Source: an uncultured Campylobacter sp. (GTDB lineage: Bacteria > Campylobacterota > Campylobacteria > Campylobacterales > Campylobacteraceae). Taken from it: DNA of 64,000 nucleotides. The stretch spans positions 79,480 through 143,479 of the forward strand of contig CAURPW010000004.1 in NCBI GenBank assembly GCA_963526985.1, read 5' to 3'. The notes below the pieces were generated by a model. It worked only from the letters and a program-made list of their open reading frames with translations, had not been told where the DNA came from and made no database searches. The position numbers and the translations under genes are program-made. Shown in pieces: positions 1 to 12,477 of the stretch (position 1 is its first letter; each line of letters opens with the position of its first letter).

Positions 1-555
1 ATTTAGCCCGAATTTCTCGCAAAACTCCTCTAGATCGGGTCTGCGAGCCATATTTCCGTCCTCTTTTACGATCTCGCAGATGACGGCTGCTTGCGTTAGG
101 CCGGCAAGCTTGCATAGATCGACAGAGCCTTCGGTGTGTCCGGTGCGGCTTAGCACGCCGCCTTTTTTAGCGATGAGCGGGAAAATATGCCCGGGGCGCA
201 CGAAATCCTGCGGCTTTGACATCGGATCGGCTGCCAGGCGGATCGTGACGTCGCGTTCGTAGGCGCTCACGCCCGTGGTCGTGTTTTTGGCGTCTATGGT
301 GACGGTAAACGCCGTCTCGTGGCAAGACGTGTTTTTATCCACCATTAAATTTAGCTCAAGCCTCTTTGCGATCTCCTCGTTTAGCGCAAGGCACAGCACG
401 CCTTTTGCGTGAGTTATGGCGAAATTTACCTTTTGCGTATCGCTAAAGGTCGCCGCAAATACCAAATCTCCCTCATTTTCGCGATCCTCGTCGTCGACCA
501 TGACGACCATTTTGCCGTTTTTGATGTCATTTATGGCCTGCTCTACTCTATCCAT
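1..555 (-). CDS. ribB: 3,4-dihydroxy-2-butanone-4-phosphate synthase (RibB/RibBA), 5' part; runs off the window edge
   Basis: Manual minus-strand translation from ATG at 555 gives [35 protein letters not shown] ([10 protein letters not shown] signature); later AFTVTIDA and RTGHTEG motifs. Confidence 0.93.
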   Translation of the reverse strand, partial: MDRVEQAINDIKNGKMVVMVDDEDRENEGDLVFAATFSDTQKVNFAITHAKGVLCLALNEEIAKRLELNLMVDKNTSCHETAFTVTIDAKNTTTGVSAYERDVTIRLAADPMSKPQDFVRPGHIFPLIAKKGGVLSRTGHTEGSVDLCKLAGLTQAAVICEIVKEDGNMARRPDLEEFCEKFGLN

Positions 556-776
556 TGTTATTCCTTGTTTAAAATTTTAGGACAATTATACATTCTTAGT
601 TTTAAAGAAGCGGTAAAAGCGAGGCTAAATTTAAATCCGCTCCAAACGATCCGCGCGGCGCTAAGTTAATCAAATTTAGCTTACGTAAAGCGGTTAATTT
701 CGCGACTTTACTCAAGGCGATTTTAGGCTATTTTTTGCGTCTTTTGGCTAAAATCTCGCTTTTTAAAGGAAATTTA

Positions 777-1424
777 TTGAGCTTAGTTTCTCTAGCCGCG
801 ATCATGCTGACGCATTTTATCGCTATTATCGTGCCGGGGCCAGACGTATTTTTGATACTTCGCGTATCGCTAGCGCACGGCTTTAGATATAGCTTTTATG
901 CTTGTTTGGGAGTCTGCGCCGGCATAGTTTTATGGGTTTTTTTGACGGCGTTTGGGCTAAAGGCTCTTTTTGAGGCCGCGCCGTTTATCAGATACGCCTT
1001 AGCGCTGTTTAGCGTCTGTTGTCTGCTTTTTTTGAGCTTTTTACTATTTCGCTCCGCTCGTAGCGAAAAAGCAAACAAAGAGCAAATACAAAAAGAAAAA
1101 AATGTAAGCGCAAAGCATTTTTTTATCCTCGGGATGCTTACAAATATCTCAAATCCTAAGGCTATTTTGTATTTTGCTAGCATTTTTTCTAAATTTATCG
1201 ACGAATCCGCGCCGATAAAAGACGTTTTTTTGTTGATCTCCGCGATATCCGTCCAAAGCGTATTCGTTTTCGTGCTTTTGGGTCGGCTTTTTGCCGTAAA
1301 AAAGGCGCGCGAAGCGTTTTTGAGTCGCCAAAAGACGCTTGATAGCGTTTGCGCGACGATTTTTGCGCTTTTTGCGCTTGCTATAGCGTATGATTTCGTT
1401 ATTCAAATCCTAAATAAAGGCTAA
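777..1424 (+). CDS. LysE/RhtB family amino-acid exporter
   Basis: PGPD near N-terminus, NPKAILYF motif, hydrophobic. TTG at 777 follows AAAGGA RBS (ORF track starts at 735). Confidence 0.88.
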   Translation: MSLVSLAAIMLTHFIAIIVPGPDVFLILRVSLAHGFRYSFYACLGVCAGIVLWVFLTAFGLKALFEAAPFIRYALALFSVCCLLFLSFLLFRSARSEKANKEQIQKEKNVSAKHFFILGMLTNISNPKAILYFASIFSKFIDESAPIKDVFLLISAISVQSVFVFVLLGRLFAVKKAREAFLSRQKTLDSVCATIFALFALAIAYDFVIQILNKG

Positions 1425-1426
1425 AT

Positions 1427-2053
1427 TTGCTTCATTCTATCATAGACACTATCGTCTCTTACGTGAGTCAGTGGGGGTATACGGGCATCTTTTTGATGAT
1501 GTTTTTAGAGAGTTCGTTTTTTCCGTTTCCAAGCGAAGTGGCGATGATACCGGCGGGCTATCTCGCGCACGAAGGAAAGATGAATCTATTTGCCGCTTGG
1601 GCCGTCGGAACGGCAGGCAGTCTCGCAGGAGCGGCGTTTAACTACTATCTGTGTTACTTTTTCGGGCGGGAGCTCGCGCTAAAATACGGCAAATACGTCG
1701 GTATTACTGAGGAGAAAATGCGCAAATTCGAGGCGTTTTTTAACAAGCACGGCGAGATTTCGACCTTTAACTGCCGCCTGATCCCTGGCATCCGCCAGTA
1801 CATCAGCCTGCCGGCGGGTCTTGCGCGTATGAATATCTTTAAATTTTGCCTCTATACGGCTTTGGGCGCGGGCATCTGGGTCGCCGTACTGCTTGCGGTG
1901 GGCTGGTATCTAGGTAAAAACTACGACAAAGATACCTTTAGCCACATCGTGATCGCTCTACTAGTCGCAGTCGGCCTGCTCACCGCGATTTATATCTTTT
2001 ACGTAAAACGCCAAAGTAAAAAATCAAAAAACGGCACAAAAGAGCCAGAATAA
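1427..2053 (+). CDS. DedA family membrane protein
   Basis: ESSFFPFPSE, RLIPGIRQYISLPAG motifs. Confidence 0.92.
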   Translation: MLHSIIDTIVSYVSQWGYTGIFLMMFLESSFFPFPSEVAMIPAGYLAHEGKMNLFAAWAVGTAGSLAGAAFNYYLCYFFGRELALKYGKYVGITEEKMRKFEAFFNKHGEISTFNCRLIPGIRQYISLPAGLARMNIFKFCLYTALGAGIWVAVLLAVGWYLGKNYDKDTFSHIVIALLVAVGLLTAIYIFYVKRQSKKSKNGTKEPE

Positions 2054-2281
2054 ACCGCCTCTAAACTAACCGCTAAAGGAAATTTAAAATTCGGCTACTT
2101 AGCTGGTTTATTTTGCTAAATTTTACCGTGCAAAAAATATAGAAAGTTTTTGCCTTAACTTTTAGGCGCAAATAAATTTCCACCGATAATCAAAAGCGGC
2201 GAAGCGGCTTTGAGTCTGCCTAAAATTATAAAAATTTCGGCTTTTAATCAAAATCCGTATAAAATAAAATTTGATTTACGC

Positions 2282-2941
2282 TTAGACTTTACGCCTTAAG
2301 GCGATAAATTTAAGCGCCTTTAAACCCTCGCGAGCAAGGTTAAAAAATGAAAATTCGGCTCTTTTTTCGCCTTTGCTTTTCAAATAATACCCGCGCAAAT
2401 CAAGCGCCAAAAGCGCGATAAGAGACGGAAACATATAGATATTTATGGCGATAAGTACAATGCGAAGCGTAACGGTGTCTTGTAAAATAGCTTGTAAATT
2501 TAGGCTATTTTCAATACTGACGTAATAAACGCCGATCACTGCAAAAAGCGCGGCGATGCGTAAAATTTTAGATACGATTTCGTTGCCGAGTTTTGAGATA
2601 TTTTCACTAACGGCTAGCGATAAAAATAGCCAGCAAAGTATCCAAATAAGCGCAAAAACCACGTCTAAAAATAAATTTTCATCGTAACGCTCGCGTACGA
2701 CTATAGCAAAAGCGGGCGAAAAAATCAGGCTCAAAACGAACCAAAAAAGCGAGCGAAACGCAAGCAGGACAAAGCACGCGTAGACAAAAGCGCTAGAGGC
2801 AAGCAAAAGCCACTCGACCCTAAAAACGAGTGCGAGCACATAAATGCCGACGCAAAGCACAAATAGGCCGCAAAAGAGCGAATAATAGCCCTCAAGCAGC
2901 CTCGTAGCCTTTAAATTTATATTTTCAAAAAAATTTAGCAC
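2282..2941 (-). CDS. hypothetical multi-pass membrane protein
   Basis: 219-aa hydrophobic ORF directly downstream of mog on the same strand. Confidence 0.65.
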   Translation of the reverse strand: MLNFFENINLKATRLLEGYYSLFCGLFVLCVGIYVLALVFRVEWLLLASSAFVYACFVLLAFRSLFWFVLSLIFSPAFAIVVRERYDENLFLDVVFALIWILCWLFLSLAVSENISKLGNEIVSKILRIAALFAVIGVYYVSIENSLNLQAILQDTVTLRIVLIAINIYMFPSLIALLALDLRGYYLKSKGEKRAEFSFFNLAREGLKALKFIALRRKV

Positions 2942-2948
2942 GCGTGGG

Positions 2949-3488
2949 TTATGAAATTTTCTTTTGTTTGGGGCGAAAGACCTTCATCACACTCTCATCC
3001 GTCTCGATGAATGCACCTCCGATAAGATCTATACAGTAAGGAATCGCCGGAAATACGGGCTCTAGGCACTCTCTGATCGCCTTTGGCTGGCCTGGTAAAT
3101 TTACGATGAGCGCATGCCCTCTGATGCCAGCCGTTTGGCGCGATAGGATCGCGGTAGGGACGTATTTTAGGCTAGCTGTTCTCATTAGCTCGCCAAAGCC
3201 GGGCATCATCTTTTCGCATACGGCCTCGGTTGCCTCAGGCGTCACGTCGCGAGGAGCCGGTCCCGTGCCGCCCGTAGTTAGCACTAGATCGCAGCCTTGC
3301 ACGTCTATCATGTGTTTTAGGCGCTCTTTTATAAGCTCGATCTCATCCGGGATCACCTCGTAAAAATACTCGCGCTCGCTCGTTATCCAGCCGTCTAAAA
3401 CCTCTTTTATCGCCGCGCCAGATAGATCGTCGTACTTGCCCTCGCTAGCGCGATCACTCAGCGTCAATATGCCAATTTTTGCTTTCAT
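2949..3488 (-). CDS. mog: molybdopterin adenylyltransferase
   Basis: SDRAS, TTGGTGPAPRDVTPEAT, NLPGQP motifs. Confidence 0.95.
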   Translation of the reverse strand: MKAKIGILTLSDRASEGKYDDLSGAAIKEVLDGWITSEREYFYEVIPDEIELIKERLKHMIDVQGCDLVLTTGGTGPAPRDVTPEATEAVCEKMMPGFGELMRTASLKYVPTAILSRQTAGIRGHALIVNLPGQPKAIRECLEPVFPAIPYCIDLIGGAFIETDESVMKVFRPKQKKIS

Positions 3489-3503
3489 TTTTTCTCCTTA
3501 AAT

Positions 3504-5171
3504 TTAGTTGTAATAATCTTTGATAATTTTGCCTAGCGCGTCTTTGTCGATACTCTCAAAAATCTCGATATGCTCGCTGATGCGCTCTAGCTGCGTTTTC
3601 ATACCGGCTAAAAACGCTCCGACTTCGGCATATGCCTCTTGCAGTAGCTCCTCGGCATCTGCAGCATTTGGTATCAAAGCGCGCCCCATACCGTACTCAA
3701 AGACCATATTTTGCGCTATTTCGCGAGCTTTTTGGATGTCGGCGCCCGAGTTTGAAAAGGTATCGTCTTTGATCATCTTTAGCGCGCTCATACCCGCCAA
3801 ACAGACCTTGATGCGAGCAAACATCTGCGAGCGCGACTCTATCTCTCGCTCGGGACGCATAAACTGCTCCTCGACGAGCGAAATTTTTTCAAATTCTATC
3901 CCGAACCAATACGCCGCCAACGCTTTTGCGCCCTGATAGAGCGCTTGGATGCGCTTTTCCTCGTCGTTGTAGCTTAAAATCCTCTTTTTACCGAGCAAGA
4001 CTTTGTTTAAAACGCTTTCAAAATCGCTAAACTCTATCATCTCGCCGCCGCGTCTTAGCGCGTTTATCGCGGCTTCATTTACCAGCGTAGAAAGCGCCGC
4101 CCCGCTAAAACCCACGCTAATACGCGCCACATCCTGCGCATCTACGCTCGTGTTTTTGTCTTTTAGATAGGATTTTAAAATCTCGGCCCTATCGCTAAAA
4201 TCAGGCATCGAAAGAAAAATACGTCTATCAAATCGCCCCGAGCGCAGCAACGCCTCGTCTATCATCTCGATGCGATTAGTCGCGGCGATAACTATGACGC
4301 CCGAGTTATCCTCAAAGCCGTCCATCTCGGTCAGTAGCTGATTTAGCGTAGCCTCGCGCTCGTCGTTTCGGTTACCGCCGCGCACCTTGCCCACGGCGTC
4401 GATCTCGTCGATAAAGATGATGGATGGAGCATACGCTTTAGCCTTTAAAAACAGCTCATGCACGCGTTTTGCGCCCATACCGACGTAAATTTGAACAAAA
4501 CTCGCGCCGCTTTGGTAAAAAAACGGCACTCCAGCCTCGCCCGCGACGGCCTTTGCCACTAGCGTCTTGCCCACTCCGGGAGGCCCTATCATCAGCACGC
4601 CTTTTGGCATTTTGATGCCGAATTTTTTATATTTTACGGGATCTTTGAGAAAATCCACTATTTCGCTTAGCTCAAATTTGACGTCTTTTATACCGGCCAC
4701 GTCGCTAAATTTGACGTTTGAGATGGCAGGCTGCACGGAGCTAGCCGAGATATTTTCATACTCATAGACGTTTGCTTTTTGATTTTCGTTTTGAGCGGCG
4801 AGCTTTTTCTTTTTAAATCTCGCATAAACCGCAAGCCCCGCAAAACAGATAACAAGTAGCGCTAAAACGGCCAAAATTTCATCCAGCACGGGCGTGTCTT
4901 TTTTTATATCTACTGGCGCTTTTTGTATGAGTTTTCGCACGTCTACGCCGTCTTTTACGATGAGGTATTTACGCCCTCCCTTGGTCGTTAGCTCGATCTG
5001 GCCGCCGTCTATCGTCGCGCTCTCGATCATACCGCCCTCTAGTAGCTTTTCGTAGCTTTCGTACATTATATTTTTGGGTTGGCTTCTACCGACGGCGATA
5101 GCTAACAAGATCGCTAAAAGTACTGTTAGGATGAGGATTATCTTTTGTTTATTTAGCTTAAATTTGCGCAT
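3504..5171 (-). CDS. FtsH-like membrane AAA ATPase with degenerate protease site
   Basis: Two TM segments, Walker A GPPGVGKT, Walker [22 protein letters not shown]; HExxH replaced by YQGAK. Confidence 0.88.
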   Translation of the reverse strand: MRKFKLNKQKIILILTVLLAILLAIAVGRSQPKNIMYESYEKLLEGGMIESATIDGGQIELTTKGGRKYLIVKDGVDVRKLIQKAPVDIKKDTPVLDEILAVLALLVICFAGLAVYARFKKKKLAAQNENQKANVYEYENISASSVQPAISNVKFSDVAGIKDVKFELSEIVDFLKDPVKYKKFGIKMPKGVLMIGPPGVGKTLVAKAVAGEAGVPFFYQSGASFVQIYVGMGAKRVHELFLKAKAYAPSIIFIDEIDAVGKVRGGNRNDEREATLNQLLTEMDGFEDNSGVIVIAATNRIEMIDEALLRSGRFDRRIFLSMPDFSDRAEILKSYLKDKNTSVDAQDVARISVGFSGAALSTLVNEAAINALRRGGEMIEFSDFESVLNKVLLGKKRILSYNDEEKRIQALYQGAKALAAYWFGIEFEKISLVEEQFMRPEREIESRSQMFARIKVCLAGMSALKMIKDDTFSNSGADIQKAREIAQNMVFEYGMGRALIPNAADAEELLQEAYAEVGAFLAGMKTQLERISEHIEIFESIDKDALGKIIKDYYN

Positions 5172-6447
5172 AATCTCCCTCGCTTTTTACTTCAAATTTA
5201 TCTATGACCGCCCACTCTTTTAAAATTTGCTTATCCGTTTTGATTTTTACTTTGTTGTAAAATTGATCAAAGCCTTCGTAAAATTCGCCGTTTAGCTGCT
5301 CAACGAGTACGTTTAGGCTCCCGCCTTTTTTGGCGTGCTCTTGCCTAAATTTAAAATTATTTTCCGCTACGATTTGCTTTAAAATTTTAAGCCTAGCCTT
5401 CGCCACGTCGCCGCTAACGTTCGTTTTCATATCCGCCGAGTGCGTTCCGGTTCTCGGCGAATACGCAAAGCAGTGCAGATGCGTGAGCGGAAATTTTTTA
5501 AAATTTACCAGCGCCTCGCTCCAGATTTCCTCGCTCTCGCCGGGATGCCCCACGATGTAGTCGGTTCCTAGCGCAAAGCCCATTTCGCTAAGCTGTAAAA
5601 ACAGCTCCAAATCCCTAAAGGCCTGGTTTCGCCGTCTCATGATGCGCAGCATCGCCTCGCTCGTATGCTGAAGCGCGATGTGTAGATGCCGCTCTAGCCA
5701 GCTCTCTTTTAAAATCTCGCGAAAGCTCTCGTCTATCTGGCTAGGCTCTATACTGCCTAGCCTTATGCGCTTTATGCCGCCTATTTTACCGAGCCTGCCT
5801 AGCAGTCGCCCTAGGCTTGAACCCGTATCCTTGCCGTAGCTGCCGATGTTTGTACCCGTTAGCACCAGCTCGTTATAGCCGTTGTAGGCTAAAATTTTAG
5901 CCTCGCGCAAGATCGCTTCCTCGTCCATGCTGCGCGCTTTGCCGCGGACGGCGGGGATGATGCAGTAACTGCAGGCAAAGTCGCAGCCCTCTTGGATCTT
6001 GATAAAGGCTTTGGTGTGATTTTCGTAGTTCGTTACGATATTTTTGTCGATACTTTTTAAATTTCCCAGCTCGAAAAACGGATCTTGCGACTTTAGCAGC
6101 GCGTTTATATCCTCTTTTTTACTCGCGCCTATTACGCCGAAAACCGCGCTTTTGTTAAACAGCTCCTTGCCCTTACTCACAGCGCCACATCCCGTTAGTA
6201 TCACTCTAGCGCCGCGTTTTTTTATGCCGTTTATGTAGCTGCGCGCGCCGCTATCTGCGGAGTTTGTGACCGTGCAGGAGTTTACCACTACGATGTCGGC
6301 TTCGTTTTCGTCGCTAACGATATCGTAGTCTTTGACGTAGCTTTTCATCAGCTCGGTGTCGTAGATGTTCGTGCGGCAGCCGAAGGTTTTAAAATACACC
6401 TTCTCTCGGCGCGGCTCTTGCGGGGTCAAATTTGAGTTTGATTTCAT
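5158..6447 (-). CDS. mtaB: tRNA t6A methylthiotransferase (radical SAM)
   Basis: TFGCRTN, NSCTVT, CDFACSYC motifs. Confidence 0.9.
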   Translation of the reverse strand: MKSNSNLTPQEPRREKVYFKTFGCRTNIYDTELMKSYVKDYDIVSDENEADIVVVNSCTVTNSADSGARSYINGIKKRGARVILTGCGAVSKGKELFNKSAVFGVIGASKKEDINALLKSQDPFFELGNLKSIDKNIVTNYENHTKAFIKIQEGCDFACSYCIIPAVRGKARSMDEEAILREAKILAYNGYNELVLTGTNIGSYGKDTGSSLGRLLGRLGKIGGIKRIRLGSIEPSQIDESFREILKESWLERHLHIALQHTSEAMLRIMRRRNQAFRDLELFLQLSEMGFALGTDYIVGHPGESEEIWSEALVNFKKFPLTHLHCFAYSPRTGTHSADMKTNVSGDVAKARLKILKQIVAENNFKFRQEHAKKGGSLNVLVEQLNGEFYEGFDQFYNKVKIKTDKQILKEWAVIDKFEVKSEGDYAQI

Positions 6448-8027
6448 ATTTCCTCGCCGCCTTCGCCTATCGGCTTTGACTCGCCTGCTTTTACCCGTCT
6501 ATCCATGTAAACGGTCTGCGTAGGATAGGCGATCACGATGTCGTCGTGGCTAGCTATAGCCTCCATGATCTCCGCGCTTATCGTGCTTCGCAAAGATAGC
6601 GTGGCGAAGGTGTTTGCCATATACCAGACCGAAATTTTCACGCCGTAAGGCTCGATAAAGGTAAATACGCGCGGCTCGACGTTTGGATTTTTGATACTGT
6701 ATTGATTTCGCAGCTTGCTCATTTGTTTTTTGGCGATCTCGGTGTAGCCTTTTGAGTACTTTCGCGCGATATCTTTGATGATGTGAGCGGCCTTTTTGTG
6801 ATTTGACTCAAAACTAAAAACTACGTCTATACCGTCCCATACGGTCTTCATACTGTGGTGCGAGTAGTTTGCGATTAGATCGGTGAAGATATAGTTATTG
6901 GGTACGAATATAATTCGCCCCGCCCTGCGGTTTGAGTTTACGGTTACGATCGTAACGTCCTCGTAAATAGTCATCCTAAGCAGCGAGATATCGATGATAT
7001 CGCCCACGACGTCCTCTCCGTCTTTGCGCACCTTTATGCGGTCGCCGACGTGAAAACTACCGCCAAAAACGATGACCGTCCAGCCAAGCATACTCATAAA
7101 CATATCTTTCATCGCAATCGCGATACCCGCAGACGCAAAGCCTAGCACCGTGACTAGATAGGTTACGTTTTCTATATAGGCAAAAAGTAAAATCACGACT
7201 ATTAGCGTGATATTTACGAGATTTATAAATTTATTCGCCGTGTAGAGGCGCTCGTTATCCGTGATCGTTTTTTTAATGATAAATTTAAACAAAAACGAAA
7301 GCGCAACCGAGGCGATTATAAAAATAACGATGTCAAGCGCCTTTTTCATCTGCGCTTTTATATCCTCGCTCGTGCGGTTTATCGCCTCGTTTACTCGCTT
7401 TTCGTACACGCCGTAAGTAGTCTTTGCGATATCGGCCGCCGCATTAAATTCGGTAAGCTCCTGCCTGGTCTCGTTTAGCTCGTCTAAAAACTGCGCTTCG
7501 TCGCTTAGCTTTACGATTTGAGATAAAATTCGCTCTTTTTTGCCAAGCTCGTCCGCGGTTTTAGAAAGCCCTTCCAAACGGTTTTTGTATTCGTCTTTTT
7601 CGCTTTTAAGCTGTTTGATGTATGAAAAACCGGAGATTACCGCGACGGGATTGGTTATCTTTTGTAAAATTTCAATCTCGGGAGCCGTTATCATGCTAGA
7701 AAACGGAGCTTTTTGAAACTCTTTTAAAAGCTCGATCTGCTCTTTTAGCGTGCTTTGCTTTTTTTGCAGCTCGAGCACTTTTTCCGTATTTTTGGCCTGC
7801 TTTTTTATCGCGGCTTCCGTTTCTTCTAGCTCCGCACTTAGTTTTTGATAGGTGTTGTAGTTTGAGTAGCGAGTAGCCCAAACGTTATCGGATAGCTTGG
7901 ACTCTATGGTATCTAGCGAGCTTTTTAGCTCGGCTAGTTGAGCGTCTTTTGCGCCGTAGTCGTCAGGGATATCGTCTACCGCCCAAACCGCCGCCGCGAC
8001 GATTAAAATAAATAAAATTTTTCTCAT
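6444..8027 (-). CDS. MscS-family mechanosensitive channel with N-terminal coiled coil
   Basis: Signal peptide, coiled coil, TM block with [23 protein letters not shown]. Confidence 0.88.
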   Translation of the reverse strand: MRKILFILIVAAAVWAVDDIPDDYGAKDAQLAELKSSLDTIESKLSDNVWATRYSNYNTYQKLSAELEETEAAIKKQAKNTEKVLELQKKQSTLKEQIELLKEFQKAPFSSMITAPEIEILQKITNPVAVISGFSYIKQLKSEKDEYKNRLEGLSKTADELGKKERILSQIVKLSDEAQFLDELNETRQELTEFNAAADIAKTTYGVYEKRVNEAINRTSEDIKAQMKKALDIVIFIIASVALSFLFKFIIKKTITDNERLYTANKFINLVNITLIVVILLFAYIENVTYLVTVLGFASAGIAIAMKDMFMSMLGWTVIVFGGSFHVGDRIKVRKDGEDVVGDIIDISLLRMTIYEDVTIVTVNSNRRAGRIIFVPNNYIFTDLIANYSHHSMKTVWDGIDVVFSFESNHKKAAHIIKDIARKYSKGYTEIAKKQMSKLRNQYSIKNPNVEPRVFTFIEPYGVKISVWYMANTFATLSLRSTISAEIMEAIASHDDIVIAYPTQTVYMDRRVKAGESKPIGEGGEEI

Positions 8028-9061
8028 TCAAACTCTCTTAAAACGTCCATCGCGAGCTCGCGCGGCACGTCTTTTCGTATCTCGTATGCGCCGATACCTC
8101 GCGGCAGGATAAATTTGATCGCTGAGTTTTCCGCCTTTTTATCAAGGAAAAACGCCTCGTAAAAGCCGCTTGCATTTGGCACCTTGTAGCTTATCGGCAG
8201 GTTAAATTTAACTAAAAGCTCCGCCACGCGCGCCTTTTGCTCCTCGCTCATGAGGCCTAGCTTCACCGCTAGCGCGTTAGCCATATTCATACCGATCGCA
8301 ACCGCCTCGCCGTGTAGATATTTTTTATAGTTCGTTTCATTTTCTATCACATGAGCGAAGGTGTGTCCGTAGTTTAGCACCGCACGCACGCCTTTTTCGC
8401 GCTCGTCGGCCTCCACGGCGGCGGCTTTTATCTGCACGCAGCGGTAGATCAAATTTTGCAAATTTGCTTCATCCGTCAAATTTGCGCTCCCCATCCACGA
8501 AAATAGATTTTCGTCAAAGGTTACCGCCATCTTTACAGCCTCTGCAAGGCCTGCCGCAAATTCGCGCTTTTCAAGCGTCTTTAAAAATCCGGTTTCGCAG
8601 TAAACGGCGCTAGGTTGATAAAACGAGCCGATTAGATTTTTGCCGAATTTGTTATTTACTCCCGTTTTTCCGCCTACGCTAGCATCCACTTGCGCTAGCA
8701 GAGTAGTCGGGATGTTTATAAATTTGATCCCGCGCTCAAAAATGCTCGCTGCAAAGCCCGCCATATCGCTCACCACTCCGCCGCCAAGCGCGATGATCAA
8801 GCTACTGCGGTCAAGACGACTAACGAAAAGCTGCTCTAAAATCGCCTCGATAGTTTGCATATTTTTATACTCTTCGCCGTCTGGGACGCTGATGATGAAT
8901 TTTTGCGGACAATCTATGCGCGAGAGTAAATTTTGCAGATAAAGCCCGCCTACCTTTGCGTTGGTCACGATTGCGACTTTAGCGTCAAATTTAAGCTTGT
9001 TTAGCTCGTTTATATAGACGCCGTAACCGGGTTTGCCGTCAAATTTTATATCTATTTTCAT
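8024..9061 (-). CDS. aroB: 3-dehydroquinate synthase
   Basis: [41 protein letters not shown] at 9061 follows GGAG RBS. Confidence 0.96.
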   Translation of the reverse strand: MKIDIKFDGKPGYGVYINELNKLKFDAKVAIVTNAKVGGLYLQNLLSRIDCPQKFIISVPDGEEYKNMQTIEAILEQLFVSRLDRSSLIIALGGGVVSDMAGFAASIFERGIKFINIPTTLLAQVDASVGGKTGVNNKFGKNLIGSFYQPSAVYCETGFLKTLEKREFAAGLAEAVKMAVTFDENLFSWMGSANLTDEANLQNLIYRCVQIKAAAVEADEREKGVRAVLNYGHTFAHVIENETNYKKYLHGEAVAIGMNMANALAVKLGLMSEEQKARVAELLVKFNLPISYKVPNASGFYEAFFLDKKAENSAIKFILPRGIGAYEIRKDVPRELAMDVLREFE

Positions 9062-9094
9062 CTTATTCTCCGCTTTTATTTTATCCAAAATAGC

Positions 9095-10498
9095 CTAATT
9101 TATCGGTATAAAAATTTGATAATTATCGCTAAGGCGCGAGTACAAACGGTTCATGTCGTTTGAAAACGCCGCAAACGGATCGGGTCTACTTATTTTTTTA
9201 CTAAAAGGCACGAACTGAAGCAAATTTTGCTCGTTTTTTAGCTTTAAAATAGGATTTATATTTCTATCCTCGACTATCTCGACCTTACGTCCGAAAATTT
9301 TAGAAAGGCTATCAAAATGCTCCTCCGCGCCCTCGCCGCCGCTAAGCGCGCCGAAGTGATATAGCGAGATTTGCGTATCTAGCTGCGCGCAGCAGTCCAT
9401 GATGACGGCTGATTGGTTTTCTATCTCGTCGCCAAAACCGCTACTTAGTATCACGCCTTTTTTTATCTCGTCCGCGTCGCCTCGGCCGATAGTCGCTACC
9501 GGTCTTTTAAGCTCAAAAAGCATCCTTTTATGGGCCGAGAAAAATTTATTATCGGTTACTATTAGCCCGACGTCTTTTTTAAATACGTCGTCTTTTATCT
9601 GTTCTACGCAGCAACCGAAAAAATCAAACGTTACCGCAACCCTCTCGTCTCCGACCGATTTTAGCTTCTCGTAGGCTAAATTTAACGTCGGATTTACGAC
9701 CTTGACATAGAGGCGTTTGCTATTTAGCTTTTCGTGCAGTTTTAGGCTCTGTTCTAGCAGCCGTAAACAAGCCTCTTCGCCCATAGCGCGCATATCTAAA
9801 AACAGATAAGTGTTATGTCCAAATGGGCTTGGAAACTGTCCCGTTTCTTTTTTTACGCTTCTAAATACGCTTAAAAGCACGCTAGGTTCGCCTACTATGA
9901 GTAAAACGTCGTTTGGCAGGATCATTAAATTTGGCTTTGCGATCATGAAATTTGAGCCGCGATAAATCATTGCGATGCGCCATTTTTTCTGCGTTATGGA
10001 GCTGATATGACGGTACATAAACGAGCTTCCTACTGGCACCTTTACTTCCATTATTTCGCCTTGTCCAAGCCCCACGTTATCGGCTACTACAGGGATATCC
10101 GGCAAATAATCCATGAGCCTGGCCGTCACGATACCTCGCCCGTCTAAAACCGTCAGGTGCGAGTCGTCCTCCAGCCCGCCTAGCCCCCACAGATCAAGCA
10201 TCAAAATTTCCGTTTTTTTACTGATTTGACGCAGATTGTTATAGACGCTAACCGTCTCAAAGCCGTCTTTTTGCATTATCATAAACTGGCTAAAATAGCC
10301 GCTAACTACCTGCTTAAGACGGTCAAAACTCGTCGGATCAAAGCGGTAAAAGGTAAAATTTTCTAAATTTTCCCCTCCCAAAATCTCCTCGTCCATAGCG
10401 ATAACCGTGTAGTGATGAGCGTTATTTCGCGCTACGAATAGTCTTTCTAAGAAATATTTAGCTACAATGCCGTCCGCAACTATCAAGATATTTTTCAT
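9095..10498 (-). CDS. TrkA/RCK domain protein (COG3400-like)
   Basis: N-terminal ILIVADGIVA Rossmann-like segment, TrkA-C-like GEIMEVKVP..S; position between aroB and tgt. Confidence 0.75.
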   Translation of the reverse strand: MKNILIVADGIVAKYFLERLFVARNNAHHYTVIAMDEEILGGENLENFTFYRFDPTSFDRLKQVVSGYFSQFMIMQKDGFETVSVYNNLRQISKKTEILMLDLWGLGGLEDDSHLTVLDGRGIVTARLMDYLPDIPVVADNVGLGQGEIMEVKVPVGSSFMYRHISSITQKKWRIAMIYRGSNFMIAKPNLMILPNDVLLIVGEPSVLLSVFRSVKKETGQFPSPFGHNTYLFLDMRAMGEEACLRLLEQSLKLHEKLNSKRLYVKVVNPTLNLAYEKLKSVGDERVAVTFDFFGCCVEQIKDDVFKKDVGLIVTDNKFFSAHKRMLFELKRPVATIGRGDADEIKKGVILSSGFGDEIENQSAVIMDCCAQLDTQISLYHFGALSGGEGAEEHFDSLSKIFGRKVEIVEDRNINPILKLKNEQNLLQFVPFSKKISRPDPFAAFSNDMNRLYSRLSDNYQIFIPIN

Positions 10499-10515
10499 TA
10501 AAACTCCAAATTTAA

Positions 10516-11670
<1,155 letters not shown>

Positions 11671-11679
11671 GGCAAAGCA

Positions 11680-12372
11680 GTGAGCGAGCGCGATATCTCG
11701 GGGTACTTTTACGGCGAGGAGTGCGAGTACGTCTATCTCGTCACGGACGGCAGCGAACAAAACTACAAATTTATCTTTAAAGACGACAAAATTTACGCCC
11801 AGGACGGCAGCGAAAGCGGCGCGGAGGAGTTTATTCGCGTAGTAAAAAAGATAACGAGCGAGTTTCGCGCCAAGATCGCCGAGCACTCCGCCCAGCTTGA
11901 AAGCTACGAGAAAATTTACGCGGGCAAGAGGGATTTTACTAAATTTATAAAAAAGCATGCGATCTTAAAATACGAAATACGCAAATTTCAAAATAAAATT
12001 TCGCACTTTTACGAGGCTCTAGCGATCTGTCAAAACGAAAGACCCGAGCTTAAAAAACAGCTCAAAAACTACGTCTACGAAGCCGGCGTACTAAAAAACG
12101 CAGCCTGCGAAAACGCCTCCAGGATAGACGATATATACGCGCATATACAGAGCCTAAAAAACGACAAAATCAACCGAAACATCTACATCCTGACGCTGCT
12201 TTCGGCGCTATTTTTGCCGCTAAATTTTATCACGGGATTTTTCGGTATGAATACGAACGGGATGTTTTTAAACGGCTTTCAAAACGGCACGGCGATCGTC
12301 GCCGGATCTATGCTTGCTCTTTTTGCTACACTGGCGGGACTGTTTTATTTTCTAGGCAAACGGCGCGAGTAA
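11680..12372 (+). CDS. short CorA-family divalent cation transporter
   Basis: LPLNFITGFFGMN signature with two C-terminal TM helices. Confidence 0.82.
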   Translation: MSERDISGYFYGEECEYVYLVTDGSEQNYKFIFKDDKIYAQDGSESGAEEFIRVVKKITSEFRAKIAEHSAQLESYEKIYAGKRDFTKFIKKHAILKYEIRKFQNKISHFYEALAICQNERPELKKQLKNYVYEAGVLKNAACENASRIDDIYAHIQSLKNDKINRNIYILTLLSALFLPLNFITGFFGMNTNGMFLNGFQNGTAIVAGSMLALFATLAGLFYFLGKRRE

Positions 12373-12389
12373 ATTTGCAAGGCCATTTG

Positions 12390-12413
12390 CGGCTAGCTAA
12401 ATTTAACTAGCCG
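12390..12413. terminator. hairpin between convergent genes
   Basis: CGGCTAG / CTAGCCG arms around a central segment containing AAATTT. Confidence 0.5.
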
Positions 12414-12477
12414 TCAAATTCGCCGCAAATTTAACGCACCCAAAAAACCGCAAATCAGGCGCGTAGCATAGTTAAAT

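Noticed and set aside
80..669. Plus-strand ORFs 80-262 and 409-669 (and similar short ORFs opposite called genes throughout)
   Set aside because: Antisense to well-supported genes such as ribB.
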